In this document: in pieces, positions 9,069 to 18,029 of the stretch
Layout: each line of letters begins with the position of its first letter
Position numbering within the stretch: position 1 is the first letter of the stretch
IMG/VR virus record: IMGVR_UViG_3300048886_002032
Span: 1-24,037 of that record
DNA: 24,037 nucleotides
Origin: a virus
Lineage: Duplodnaviria; Caudoviricetes
Reading direction: 5' to 3' (one strand)
The notes under the pieces: generated by a model
What the model was told of the DNA's origin: nothing
Databases searched by the model: none
The model's input: only the letters and a program-made list of their open reading frames with translations
Program-made: the position numbers and the translations under genes

Positions 9069-9452
9069 TTAAGCGTCTGTGGCATGCGCCTGGAAACCGT
9101 GTACTCTAACGCCAATGACATCCCCAGAAACGCCGGACTCTATACAAATAGCTCCCGACCATTCTGCGGCCGCATCGACTACTTCTCCGGTGCCTGTCGA
9201 TGTTGATGTTAAAATTTTTCCTTGGGCGACTGTCTCTCCTATTTCTAACTTAGCGCCTCCACCTGAAAGGGCTACTTCTACTAGTTCACCACTACTAACC
9301 GAGGCATCATTTTGGCTTATGCCAATAGCTCGACCATTGGCGCCTGATTCGGAAACTTCACCGGCCCCGCTTAAAGTTACGAAACGAAATTTTCGGATCG
9401 TCCCACCTGCTTTAAAAGTTGTAATGTTCACTGGTTGTGTTGATGCGGCCAT
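9069..9452 (-). CDS. Capsid decoration/cement protein (DUF2190-like)
   Basis: 127 aa, Gly/Ala/Ser-rich, 'KFRFV', 'AIGIS', 'GDVIGV'; between scaffold and MCP. Confidence 0.75.
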   Translation of the reverse strand: MAASTQPVNITTFKAGGTIRKFRFVTLSGAGEVSESGANGRAIGISQNDASVSSGELVEVALSGGGAKLEIGETVAQGKILTSTSTGTGEVVDAAAEWSGAICIESGVSGDVIGVRVHGFQAHATDA

Positions 9453-9481
9453 AACTTTTTCTCCTTTTTATAAAAATTAAA

Positions 9482-10768
9482 TTAAGCAATTGAGTTATAA
9501 TGTTTCATAATTTCTTTATTTTCGTTAAGCTCAATCCCAATAGCTACATCAAGAGGGATTTTATTTTCTTCAGATCTTTTTTCGGCCAATGCAATAATTT
9601 TTTCTTCAAAATTTTCTTTAGAAATAGCGTTGTTAATCGTTCCACTATTTCCCGATTCACTTAATTTAATTTCATGTTGTAGATTTAAAAACTTATCCAT
9701 ATCACCATCAATGAAAGGAGACCGCTGCGCCTCTACGACAAGGCCTTCCGAAAGTTTTAAATCAAAGGCCTTATTCTTTTCAACTAATACTTTTTCTTTT
9801 TTCATTTCTGCTAACCTCTCTTCTTTTTCATTTTCACTTGCCTCTAATTTACCTCGAAGGGCGATTAACTCTTCATCCTTTTTAAGTAACTCATCTTTAA
9901 GGGCCTGTAATTGGTCTTCAAGGCTTAATTCATTTTCTTCTAAGGCCACATTCATTTCAGTTAATTTAACCTCTTCTTTTTTCTCTTCAATCTCTTCTTT
10001 TTTCTCTTCATTCATTTTATCCACCTCGCTTAATTGATTAATACCTTCACTTAAAACTATAGGACTCATCTCCTTTACTACAGGCCTATTGGTTAGGCCG
10101 GCACCGAATAGAGTGGGTCCATGATCATTTCTTTTTTCATTGTCTTTATAATTAAAAGAAAAATCAGCACTGATATATTTAAAGGATTTATTTTCGAGGC
10201 TTTTTTTCCCGGTGGGCGTCCAATCAACCTCGGCCCATAGTTGATCACCACTATCTGAAAGGGCCAATTGATTAATCCAACCGGCGGCCTCTCCCTCTGA
10301 ATTATGAGAGAAATCAATCATTAGATCAATGCCTCTAATTTTCTCCGAGAAATTTTTTACCATACTTTTTAAGTCTAAATTAGAGACTTTTATTTCACGC
10401 CCATCATGGACGAAATTCCCGACTCTTAATAATTGGATTTTTTTAGGGATATTTTCTTCACTTAATAACACCGGTATAAATCTAAACTCACTCATTTTGC
10501 CTTCCTTTAATTTTCCATAAATTATTGTAACACCTTGCACGCTATTTTTAAAAGACCTAAAAGACCCTTTTATAAAGTCACTTGGGTTTCTTTGTCTAAA
10601 TCTAAAAGAGGTCGGCGTTTCATCAATTAAATTATTAGGTATAGGTGGATGAGCTCCACTTTCAATGGCCTTCTCTTTTGCTTTATCAATTGTTAATCCT
10701 GGAATTTTTTCAACAACAATTGATTGGATGTTTCCAGGCCTCGCCTTCATAACTTTCGGCATTCTCAT
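9482..10768 (-). CDS. Mu gpI-like prohead protease/scaffold with N-terminal extension
   Basis: 'LMIDFSH', 'AAGWI', 'VDWTP.G', 'FKYISADF', 'GAGLTNRP' motifs, followed by an acidic coiled-coil scaffold region. Confidence 0.9.
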   Translation of the reverse strand: MRMPKVMKARPGNIQSIVVEKIPGLTIDKAKEKAIESGAHPPIPNNLIDETPTSFRFRQRNPSDFIKGSFRSFKNSVQGVTIIYGKLKEGKMSEFRFIPVLLSEENIPKKIQLLRVGNFVHDGREIKVSNLDLKSMVKNFSEKIRGIDLMIDFSHNSEGEAAGWINQLALSDSGDQLWAEVDWTPTGKKSLENKSFKYISADFSFNYKDNEKRNDHGPTLFGAGLTNRPVVKEMSPIVLSEGINQLSEVDKMNEEKKEEIEEKKEEVKLTEMNVALEENELSLEDQLQALKDELLKKDEELIALRGKLEASENEKEERLAEMKKEKVLVEKNKAFDLKLSEGLVVEAQRSPFIDGDMDKFLNLQHEIKLSESGNSGTINNAISKENFEEKIIALAEKRSEENKIPLDVAIGIELNENKEIMKHYNSIA

Positions 10769-11684
10769 TTCTCTCTGAAAATTGTAAATATTTTTCTATC
10801 TTTATCTTTTCGGTTTTATTTTTGGCTTTTACTCCTAACCTTTCAATCTTTCGACCCTTAAGATCACCGATTAAAATAGGCTCGTGTACTGATCTACAAT
10901 TCCAATGGAGAGGAGGCTCAAATTTAAATCTATTCGGATCATCTTTCGCAAAAATCTGGCCATTTAAATTTTCACAGAGGGGGGTACGGTTAATCTGATA
11001 ATTGTTAACGAATTCGTAGGCTTCGATAAGTTTATCCACTTCAGGGTCATTAAAAAAAGCCGACCTTGCCTCTCCTATAGCTTGGTGAGCTGTTAAAGGA
11101 GCGCCGGCCCTAACCGATGGACCGTCTATAAAATCCATGGCCGTTTCTTTTAGATCGTTCTTAATTTGATTTATACTTTTTTGTTGTGCCAATGAAGTTG
11201 AAAATTGAAAATAAATGGCCTTTTCTAAATCTGATAATTGAGTTTTAACCAATAGCTCTTGTTGAAACTTAATTCTCTTTTTTACCGAAGGTGGTAACTT
11301 CGAAAACATAGTTTCTATTTTTTTACCTTTAACTGATTTACCTTTTAACTTTTTGGCTTTTTTACTTTCAACAAATTGAATCGACTCAAAATCAATCTCA
11401 CTCAATTTATATTTTGCTTTAGGGACTTCTTTTTTTGCAAGTCTTAAAGATTCATAAGCAATAACAGTTAAAGTCTCTAATAATTCTTTTTTATAAAAGT
11501 TGGTGCCAGAGGCGGTAAGTCCTTTTACCGCCTCTAGCTTATTGGAAGAAGTGAGACCTTTATCCTTGGCCTCTATTCTATTTATAAGAGAGTCGGCCAT
11601 GTAAGACAAATTACTTTGCATTACATCTAAGACACCGGCCTCTGCATCTTTTAAAAAACGGTCTAATTCACTTCTAATCGCCAT
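10710..11684 (-). CDS. Minor head protein (Mu gpF / SPP1 gp7-like)
   Basis: 'RTPLCENLNG' and 'PPLHWNCRS' motifs; directly after the portal. Confidence 0.88.
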   Translation of the reverse strand: MAIRSELDRFLKDAEAGVLDVMQSNLSYMADSLINRIEAKDKGLTSSNKLEAVKGLTASGTNFYKKELLETLTVIAYESLRLAKKEVPKAKYKLSEIDFESIQFVESKKAKKLKGKSVKGKKIETMFSKLPPSVKKRIKFQQELLVKTQLSDLEKAIYFQFSTSLAQQKSINQIKNDLKETAMDFIDGPSVRAGAPLTAHQAIGEARSAFFNDPEVDKLIEAYEFVNNYQINRTPLCENLNGQIFAKDDPNRFKFEPPLHWNCRSVHEPILIGDLKGRKIERLGVKAKNKTEKIKIEKYLQFSERNENAESYEGEAWKHPINCC

Positions 11685-13084
11685 TAAAGACCCCTTCTAT
11701 TCTCTCTTATAATTTTAAACTTTTCAGATAAACTCATTTCATTATTCGGTTGAGGTGACCCTTGTACTCTTTGGCCTTCGTCACTCATTTCAGTTATACC
11801 AAGTCTTTTTCTCAAATGTTTTTCTAAATTATCATCGGGCGTTAATATTTGGGCCGTTGTTAAAATATTTAATATATCGGCCAATTCTTTTCCAGCTTTA
11901 TCAGAAATTCCAGAAAATTGTAACTTAGGGTATTTATCCCTAGGTCCGAAGTTCATTTTAACTAATTCAGGAATTAAATTTCTATTTATTTGGTCGGCTA
12001 TTTCATTGGCCAAAAATTCAAGGCCTGTTAAAAAGAAGTCAGATAGATCATTTGATAAAGCATAGGCCCCGGAACCACTCATACCTAATTCTAAAAAATT
12101 GGCCAAAAAAGCTTTAACCATTCTCTTATCCTCATTCTCAATTGAAACCTCAACCTTAGAAGGGTCATAGCTATTAGTATTTAAATCAATATCAAAACCT
12201 TCGGGCTTAATTAAATAATTAGATTGATGAGTGGTATATTTTTCTAAGGCCGTAATAAGTTTTGCATATTGAGTTGATGATTGTTTACCTTGGGGAATAG
12301 TAGCTATCGGAGTCGGCACCGCAAATTTCTCAATACCAATAGCATTAATTTTATTATAATTATTTTTACGCCACCAATTTCCATAGCAAGGCCTAAGAGC
12401 GCTTATCCCTTCATAATTTGAACCTTCTCTATTTAAAGTAAATAGTAATAAATATTTTGCTGGAATTTCGGCATCCCTTGCTAAATCACCATAGGCCAAC
12501 TGCAAAACGCTCTCTAATTCTCCGGTCTCTTTATTTAAATTCCATTGGTCAATTGTTTTAGGAGACCTCCACGAAATGTTTCTTATCCCTGTATAAGAAT
12601 TTAAAATAGTGTTACCTTCATTATCTTTAAGAGGACTATTAATAAAGTTTTTATGGGTTACTTCAAACATAGAGTAACCAAACTCAATCATAGTTAAGGC
12701 CTCACTTAAAAACCTTGGGAAAGGTGTGGCCATTGATTCAAATAATATTTTTTCTATTAGTCGGGCATCATTATGATAATAAGAATCATCACCGGCCGGT
12801 AAAATTTCAGCGCTTGCCGATTTAATAGGATTTTTAACAGCACTAAGGCACATCATGACTTGAGGGTCGGACCTTCTCATCTTATCGAATACAACCGCCC
12901 TTTCACTATTTTTTAAGACATCCAAATAGTCTTCATCAAAATAACCTGAGAATATTTCAGTTCCCGACGAACCTATAGGGTTATGATGAAAGGCCGGTAA
13001 TTCATTATTTTCTTCCGATTCAATTTTATCCTCGGTCGAACCTAAGTTTAGTAATTTTGTCATAAAACCCATATTGATCACCAT
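11684..13084 (-). CDS. Portal protein (Mu gp29/DUF935-like)
   Basis: 466 aa after TerL; 'GISALRPCY..W..K', 'IEKFAVPTP', 'GAYALS', 'INRNLIPELVKMNFG' motifs. The start may be at 13072. Confidence 0.9.
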   Translation of the reverse strand: MVINMGFMTKLLNLGSTEDKIESEENNELPAFHHNPIGSSGTEIFSGYFDEDYLDVLKNSERAVVFDKMRRSDPQVMMCLSAVKNPIKSASAEILPAGDDSYYHNDARLIEKILFESMATPFPRFLSEALTMIEFGYSMFEVTHKNFINSPLKDNEGNTILNSYTGIRNISWRSPKTIDQWNLNKETGELESVLQLAYGDLARDAEIPAKYLLLFTLNREGSNYEGISALRPCYGNWWRKNNYNKINAIGIEKFAVPTPIATIPQGKQSSTQYAKLITALEKYTTHQSNYLIKPEGFDIDLNTNSYDPSKVEVSIENEDKRMVKAFLANFLELGMSGSGAYALSNDLSDFFLTGLEFLANEIADQINRNLIPELVKMNFGPRDKYPKLQFSGISDKAGKELADILNILTTAQILTPDDNLEKHLRKRLGITEMSDEGQRVQGSPQPNNEMSLSEKFKIIRENRRGL

Positions 13085-14472
13085 TCGTTTAAATTTACAT
13101 TTACAATATTATTAGGAATGAAGTCATTCGTAAAATCATCGACCCTTTTTAAAGATAAATAATTAAAGGCCCCTGTAAAGGCATCAATTATATCATCATG
13201 TCGGCCTTCAGGAAAATTTTCGGCCTCAATATAAAAGTTCTCTTTATTCCTACATGATTTTAAAATTTTAATATTCCCGGCCTCTGCTTGGGCCGATGAA
13301 GGTTTAGAGGCCGTTTGTTTGTCTACGTTAATTTTTTCCACTTCAATTTGAAACCCTGATAACATTCTAATAAAGTTCTCTATTTCATTTTTGCCGGCCC
13401 CGCCAGGATCTTGAAAACCTTTTACTATACAACTCACTCCATCCTGTTTGGCCGTGTTTAAAATTAATTGCTCAACTTTTAACGCACTATACCGCTCTCT
13501 AATAATATCTAAAATATAAAACTGATTATTCTTATCAACGCCTAATTTTAAACCCACGGTAAAATCAGGGTCACCCTTATCGCCGTCTTTAAATTCAGAG
13601 GCCGCCCTATCCCAACACCTAACAATATTAGTTAATGGAGGCGTGGCGTTAACCTCTTCAAAATAACTCTTCTTGAAATAAATTCCGGCGCTCTCTTCAA
13701 TATTCCAATTACCATCTAATAATTGAAGGCGTTCGACTTTAGATAAGGCTTTTAAATTGGCCAGATAAGACGGGTCGGTTTTACATAGAATTCTATTATC
13801 TGATAATTTTGAAGGGATAAAGGTAAAGCTCTTAGGAATTCCCCCCGGATAATTTTCCTCTAATTCTTTTTTGTCCGTTGACCAAACCAATTTATTATCA
13901 TCTCTTATAAAATATCTTTTAACCCCGGCCCGTTCTTTTATTGGAAGGCCATCATCTCCTATATACCACTCTACTAATTTCTTAACCCATGATTTAGCCG
14001 ATGGGTTTGTGGTCGCCCTTATATAAGGCTTTACACCACTAACCGACCTATTCCGACTTAACATGTACCAAAATTGTTTTTCAGTGAAGTGAGTCAATTC
14101 ATCAAAATAAATAATAGGAATTTGCGCCCCCTGCCAATCCATTACGTTCTTATTGTATTCCAAGTGAGAAAATTTTAATTTACAACCGGCCGGGAAAACC
14201 CACGTTAAAGACGACTCTTTAGGTTCGGCACCCAATAAGGAATAGATCTTTTTGGAAGTGTCCCATAGACCGCCTTCATTTCTGACTTGATTAGAGGTCC
14301 TTCTAAAACAAACGGCCCCGGCCTCTTTATTATTAAAGTGTCTTAAAAAATCTAAAAGTAGCGCATAGGTTTTTCCCCCACCGGCGGCCCCACCATAAAA
14401 AGCAATATCCGAATCATTTTTAAGGAATTCTTCTTGTGGCCCTTCTTGAGGGCCTAACGAAATATCAGTCAT
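13078..14472 (-). CDS. terL: Terminase large subunit
   Basis: Walker A 'GGAAGGGKT', Walker B 'IYFDE', coupling motif 'ATTNP', nuclease 'WDRA', 'DFTVG', 'HDDIIDA'. Confidence 0.95.
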   Translation of the reverse strand: MTDISLGPQEGPQEEFLKNDSDIAFYGGAAGGGKTYALLLDFLRHFNNKEAGAVCFRRTSNQVRNEGGLWDTSKKIYSLLGAEPKESSLTWVFPAGCKLKFSHLEYNKNVMDWQGAQIPIIYFDELTHFTEKQFWYMLSRNRSVSGVKPYIRATTNPSAKSWVKKLVEWYIGDDGLPIKERAGVKRYFIRDDNKLVWSTDKKELEENYPGGIPKSFTFIPSKLSDNRILCKTDPSYLANLKALSKVERLQLLDGNWNIEESAGIYFKKSYFEEVNATPPLTNIVRCWDRAASEFKDGDKGDPDFTVGLKLGVDKNNQFYILDIIRERYSALKVEQLILNTAKQDGVSCIVKGFQDPGGAGKNEIENFIRMLSGFQIEVEKINVDKQTASKPSSAQAEAGNIKILKSCRNKENFYIEAENFPEGRHDDIIDAFTGAFNYLSLKRVDDFTNDFIPNNIVNVNLNEW

Positions 14473-14669
14473 TGTTTTTTTCTCTTAGGTTTTTTCTTAG
14501 ATTTAATGGAGTCATGTAGAGACCAAAAAACACCATCCAAGTAATTTTTGGCCTCTTCTTTAGAGTTGAAAATTTCAGATAAGACAACGTTTCCAAGCCA
14601 TGGGCCGTGATAACTTTTAATACGCCAAACGGTTTTATTATCCTTTATTTCTTCAAAAATCTCATTCAT
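14469..14669 (-). CDS. Hypothetical protein
   Basis: 66 aa, overlaps both neighbours (translational coupling). Confidence 0.6.
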   Translation of the reverse strand: MNEIFEEIKDNKTVWRIKSYHGPWLGNVVLSEIFNSKEEAKNYLDGVFWSLHDSIKSKKKPKRKKQ

Positions 14670-15447
14670 CTTTTTTACTTTTTTCTAATCTCAACTTAAA
14701 CCTAACTATTCTTTTTTTTGAAACCTCAAAATAATAATCATCTTTTTCTATACCTATAAATTTTCTATTATTGTTTAGGCATGCCACTCCTGTACTTCCT
14801 GATCCCATTGTAAAATCCAAGACCGTTTCATTTTCTAAAGAATAAGTTTTAATTAAATAAGATAATAAAGGAGTAGGTTTTTGCGTTGGATGGAGACTAT
14901 TATTATTACTCCTCGGATAATTTAAAATGCTGCCAGGGTACCTATAGCCTGAATTATTCGACCCTAAATGAACGGTCGTGACGCTGCTATTAGCTGTAGT
15001 AGTCGGATCTCTATGGGAAGTCGGTGACCTCATTCCTTTTTTTCTTCCATAAGGTTTACCTTTAATAAATTGAGGATAATACTTACCCGATTTATTATAA
15101 AATATAGAAATAATTTCATGTTTTTTTAAAGGTTGATATTTTACAGTGGCGAAGTTGCCCGCTGATTTTTTACTCCAAATAAAATCATACTTAAACATTG
15201 CACTATTCGATATCCTTAATTTACTACTAAATGGCTCCGAACCAAACAAACAAATAACACTATCAATTTTAATTATTCTTTTTAACTCATTCCACATTTT
15301 ATTTAAATCAATAATAGAATCCCATCTACAGTGGGTCGTGCCATAAGGTGGATCCGTTAAAACCATGTCAATAGAATTGGAAGGAATGCTTTTCATTATT
15401 TCTAAACAGTCTCCTTTATATAAACTAAAGGAATCATTTTCGATCAT
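14662..15447 (-). CDS. Orphan amino (N4-C/N6-A) DNA methyltransferase, beta class
   Basis: 'GDCLE', catalytic 'DPPY', 'HPTQKP', SAM-binding 'VLDFTMGSGSTG', 'FIGIE'. Likely start ATG 15447 (the ORF track starts at 15486). Confidence 0.93.
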   Translation of the reverse strand: MIENDSFSLYKGDCLEIMKSIPSNSIDMVLTDPPYGTTHCRWDSIIDLNKMWNELKRIIKIDSVICLFGSEPFSSKLRISNSAMFKYDFIWSKKSAGNFATVKYQPLKKHEIISIFYNKSGKYYPQFIKGKPYGRKKGMRSPTSHRDPTTTANSSVTTVHLGSNNSGYRYPGSILNYPRSNNNSLHPTQKPTPLLSYLIKTYSLENETVLDFTMGSGSTGVACLNNNRKFIGIEKDDYYFEVSKKRIVRFKLRLEKSKKDE

Positions 15448-15754
15448 CTTTTTTTTTCCTTTTATAAAAAGAGAAAACATTATCAAAATCCTCTTTTATT
15501 ATGAATTTCTCAAAATTATATTCAAAATTCTTTTGGCTTATAACGTGAAAGTTATCAACTCCCTTAATAATATAGTCACCTTTTTTGCCTTCAACATATT
15601 TTTGGTTATCATCGGGGGTATAAGGTCCACTATTACTGACAATGCAAAAATTTTCGTGGGCCTTATAAGCAACTTTAAAACTCATTTTTCTGTTATAAAC
15701 ATCAAATTTTTTTTCTAATTCTTTTTTTAACTCCAAATAATTATAGATTCTCAT
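15434..15754 (-). CDS. Hypothetical phage protein (PGDYG-like motif)
   Basis: 106 aa with 'GKKGDYIIKGV...F..F', a recurrent small phage protein motif. Confidence 0.6.
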   Translation of the reverse strand: MRIYNYLELKKELEKKFDVYNRKMSFKVAYKAHENFCIVSNSGPYTPDDNQKYVEGKKGDYIIKGVDNFHVISQKNFEYNFEKFIIKEDFDNVFSFYKRKKKDDRK

Positions 15755-15757
15755 TAA

Positions 15758-16189
15758 TCATTCTCTATTATTAGTTGGAATATTTAAAACTAAATTGGCA
15801 ATGGCACCGCCGTCCCCAGACGCTCTATCCAAAGGCTTATCGGCCCAACCGCATAAATTCTTAAGACAAAAAATCAACATAGTATTATCACCCCTCATAG
15901 CCTTTTCAATTGCGGTCTTCACTAGTCTAATTTTAACAGGGGCCATTTTTCTCGCCCTATAGTCTTGAAAGGTACAATCATATTTCTCTCTTATTCGGGC
16001 CTCTAAAGTGTCATGACTCACTCCAAGGATGTCGGAACAAACCTCTCTAGTCGGCTTAAATTGTAAAATGACATTAAGTTTATCCCAATCAATCTCAACA
16101 CGAGGCCGGCCTCTTGAAACATTTTTAACTTTTACTTTTTTCTTTTTACTTTTTTTAACACTTTTTTTCTCGACTTTTTTTTTACTCAT
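15758..16189 (-). CDS. terS: Terminase small subunit (putative)
   Basis: 143 aa; Lys-rich N-terminus, 'GRPR', HTH-like 'EVCSDILGVSHDTL', 'GDNTMLIFCLKN..GW.DK'; upstream of TerL. Confidence 0.72.
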   Translation of the reverse strand: MSKKKVEKKSVKKSKKKKVKVKNVSRGRPRVEIDWDKLNVILQFKPTREVCSDILGVSHDTLEARIREKYDCTFQDYRARKMAPVKIRLVKTAIEKAMRGDNTMLIFCLKNLCGWADKPLDRASGDGGAIANLVLNIPTNNRE

Positions 16190-16234
16190 TATTTCGTCTC
16201 CCGGTCTATTTTTAGGCGCTGTGACGTTTTAATT

Positions 16235-17290
16235 CTAAAGTTTAAACCATTGTTTTGCAATTTCCCGGCTTATCTTATAAACCATTAAAGGTGGAACACT
16301 CATACCTAAAGAATAAAACCCTTCTCTATCATTTTTAAATTTAAAGTCTAAAGGAAAAGAAGAGGCCAGCGTTGCCTCATAAAGATTTATAAATCTAGGA
16401 GAGTCATAAATTGAAACGGTCGCCCCTCCGGTTCTGGCCGGTATAGTATAACTAACTTTATCATTATGATTTATTTTATAATTAAAAAAATTCTTTTTAC
16501 CTAAAACCCTAAAACAAATTTGATCAAAGCCAACATCATTAAATTTTCGATATTCCCATAACTTTAAAAGAGAAGCATGTAATGGTTTACCGCCTTTCGT
16601 GTCGTCCCTTATTTCTCTAAAAGGTATTAACCTCTCATTAAAATGGAGCTCCAATTTTGGAAAAAAGAGTTCAACTTTATGGGCGATAAAAAAAACCCTA
16701 TATCTTTTTTGAGGTAAACCCATGACGGCACCATTAAGCTTAAATAATTGTAGGACATAACCAATCTTTTTAAAGGCCTCTATTATTTCCTTAGTAATTC
16801 CTTTGGCCCCACCTTTTAACATTCCTAAAACATTTTCGGCCACAATGACTTTAGGTCTTAATTTACCGGCCAGATCAATAAAATCAAAAAATAAATCATC
16901 AAGGCGTTGAGTAACTTGACCCTCTCTAAATTTAAATTCGGCCCCCCATTTTTCTTCTCGTCTACCGGCCGTTGAAAAAACAGAGCATGGCGGTGACCCA
17001 TCTAAAATGTCTAGGTCATAAAGCTCCTCTGGAAAATCTAAACCATTTGGACTTCTCTTTTTAAACTCTTGAATAGAATCAAGAAAAGGAAATTTAGGTT
17101 TTAAGTTTCCCTGATAAATCTCCATGGCCCTTTTATCGATCTCTAAACAACCAATGACATCGTGGCCATTCATTTTATAACCCATAGAAGAACCACCGGC
17201 GCCTGAAAAGCAAGTGAACACTTTAAGGCCGTTTGGTTTTACCTTTTCAAGGTCTTTTAAAAACCATTTATAACTAAAATCAATATTCAA
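16235..17290 (-). CDS. Orphan C5-cytosine DNA methyltransferase
   Basis: Motif I 'FSGAGG', IV 'GSPPC', VI 'ENV', VIII 'PQKRYRVF', X 'LGMSVPP'. Confidence 0.95.
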   Translation of the reverse strand: MNIDFSYKWFLKDLEKVKPNGLKVFTCFSGAGGSSMGYKMNGHDVIGCLEIDKRAMEIYQGNLKPKFPFLDSIQEFKKRSPNGLDFPEELYDLDILDGSPPCSVFSTAGRREEKWGAEFKFREGQVTQRLDDLFFDFIDLAGKLRPKVIVAENVLGMLKGGAKGITKEIIEAFKKIGYVLQLFKLNGAVMGLPQKRYRVFFIAHKVELFFPKLELHFNERLIPFREIRDDTKGGKPLHASLLKLWEYRKFNDVGFDQICFRVLGKKNFFNYKINHNDKVSYTIPARTGGATVSIYDSPRFINLYEATLASSFPLDFKFKNDREGFYSLGMSVPPLMVYKISREIAKQWFKL

Positions 17291-17810
17291 ATTTACATCG
17301 AGGACAAGTGTTTTTTAAATCATCGCCAAAATTATCAACGTCAATCTCGCCAGGAGTGGTGCCTGAACTAAGACCATCATTCATTTCATCCCGATCAAAC
17401 ATTTTTAAATTCTCGGTTGTAAAATCTGGAATTCCTAAAAGGTCTAGATTTTCTATTTCCATTCCTTCTAAATTTTCGATCATTTTTTTTCTATCATGCT
17501 CGGCCAATTCGGCAACATGGTTATCCGATTCTAAAAATAAATATTCTTCGCCCTCGTTTTTAAAATCCTGAAAATCGACCGGGAAATTTTCAAGTCCTAA
17601 TTTTTTGGCCGATTCCAAACGACAATGGCCGGCTACAATTAAACCACTTCTTTTAGAAACTATAATTGGATGTCTTATCCCTTGAAATTTTATTATTTCT
17701 GCTAAGAGATTAATTTGTTTTTCCGAATGTTGGTTTGTATTTTTTGGATTGGGACATAAATTTTGAATGGCCATTAATTCGTGATGAGAGCACTTTATTT
17801 CTACTTTCAT
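17280..17810 (-). CDS. ParB/Srx N-terminal domain protein
   Basis: 'NPKNTNQH...I..G...PIIV...IVAGHCRL.AAK.LG'-type pattern, 'DN..AEL' and C-terminal 'CPRC'; overlaps the C5 MTase start. Confidence 0.88.
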   Translation of the reverse strand: MKVEIKCSHHELMAIQNLCPNPKNTNQHSEKQINLLAEIIKFQGIRHPIIVSKRSGLIVAGHCRLESAKKLGLENFPVDFQDFKNEGEEYLFLESDNHVAELAEHDRKKMIENLEGMEIENLDLLGIPDFTTENLKMFDRDEMNDGLSSGTTPGEIDVDNFGDDLKNTCPRCKFEY

Positions 17811-17965
17811 TCATAATTCCTTAAATTTTTCAACATAATTTAACCTCAATTTATTGGCAGATTAAATAATGGTTATTTAATAAACGATATTCATTTATAC
17901 CTTACTAGTCTGTTATTTCAAGTATTTAGCATTAAATAATTCTTATTTAAGTTAATTCTGTCTGT

Positions 17966-17991
17966 TATTATACATTATATAATGCATAATA
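17966..17991. promoter_or_regulatory. Near-perfect 26-bp palindrome with overlapping divergent -10 (TATAAT) boxes
   Basis: TATTATACATTATATAATGCATAATA (one mismatched pair) between the divergent late (-) and early (+) gene blocks. Confidence 0.6.
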
Positions 17992-18029
17992 CCCGAAAAT
18001 CTGATATAATATAGTTGGGGGGAAAAATT

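Noticed and set aside
14662-17290. Complete restriction-modification system
   Set aside because: No cognate endonuclease next to either MTase; the only PD-(D/E)xK protein is VRR-NUC-like and sits in the replication module.
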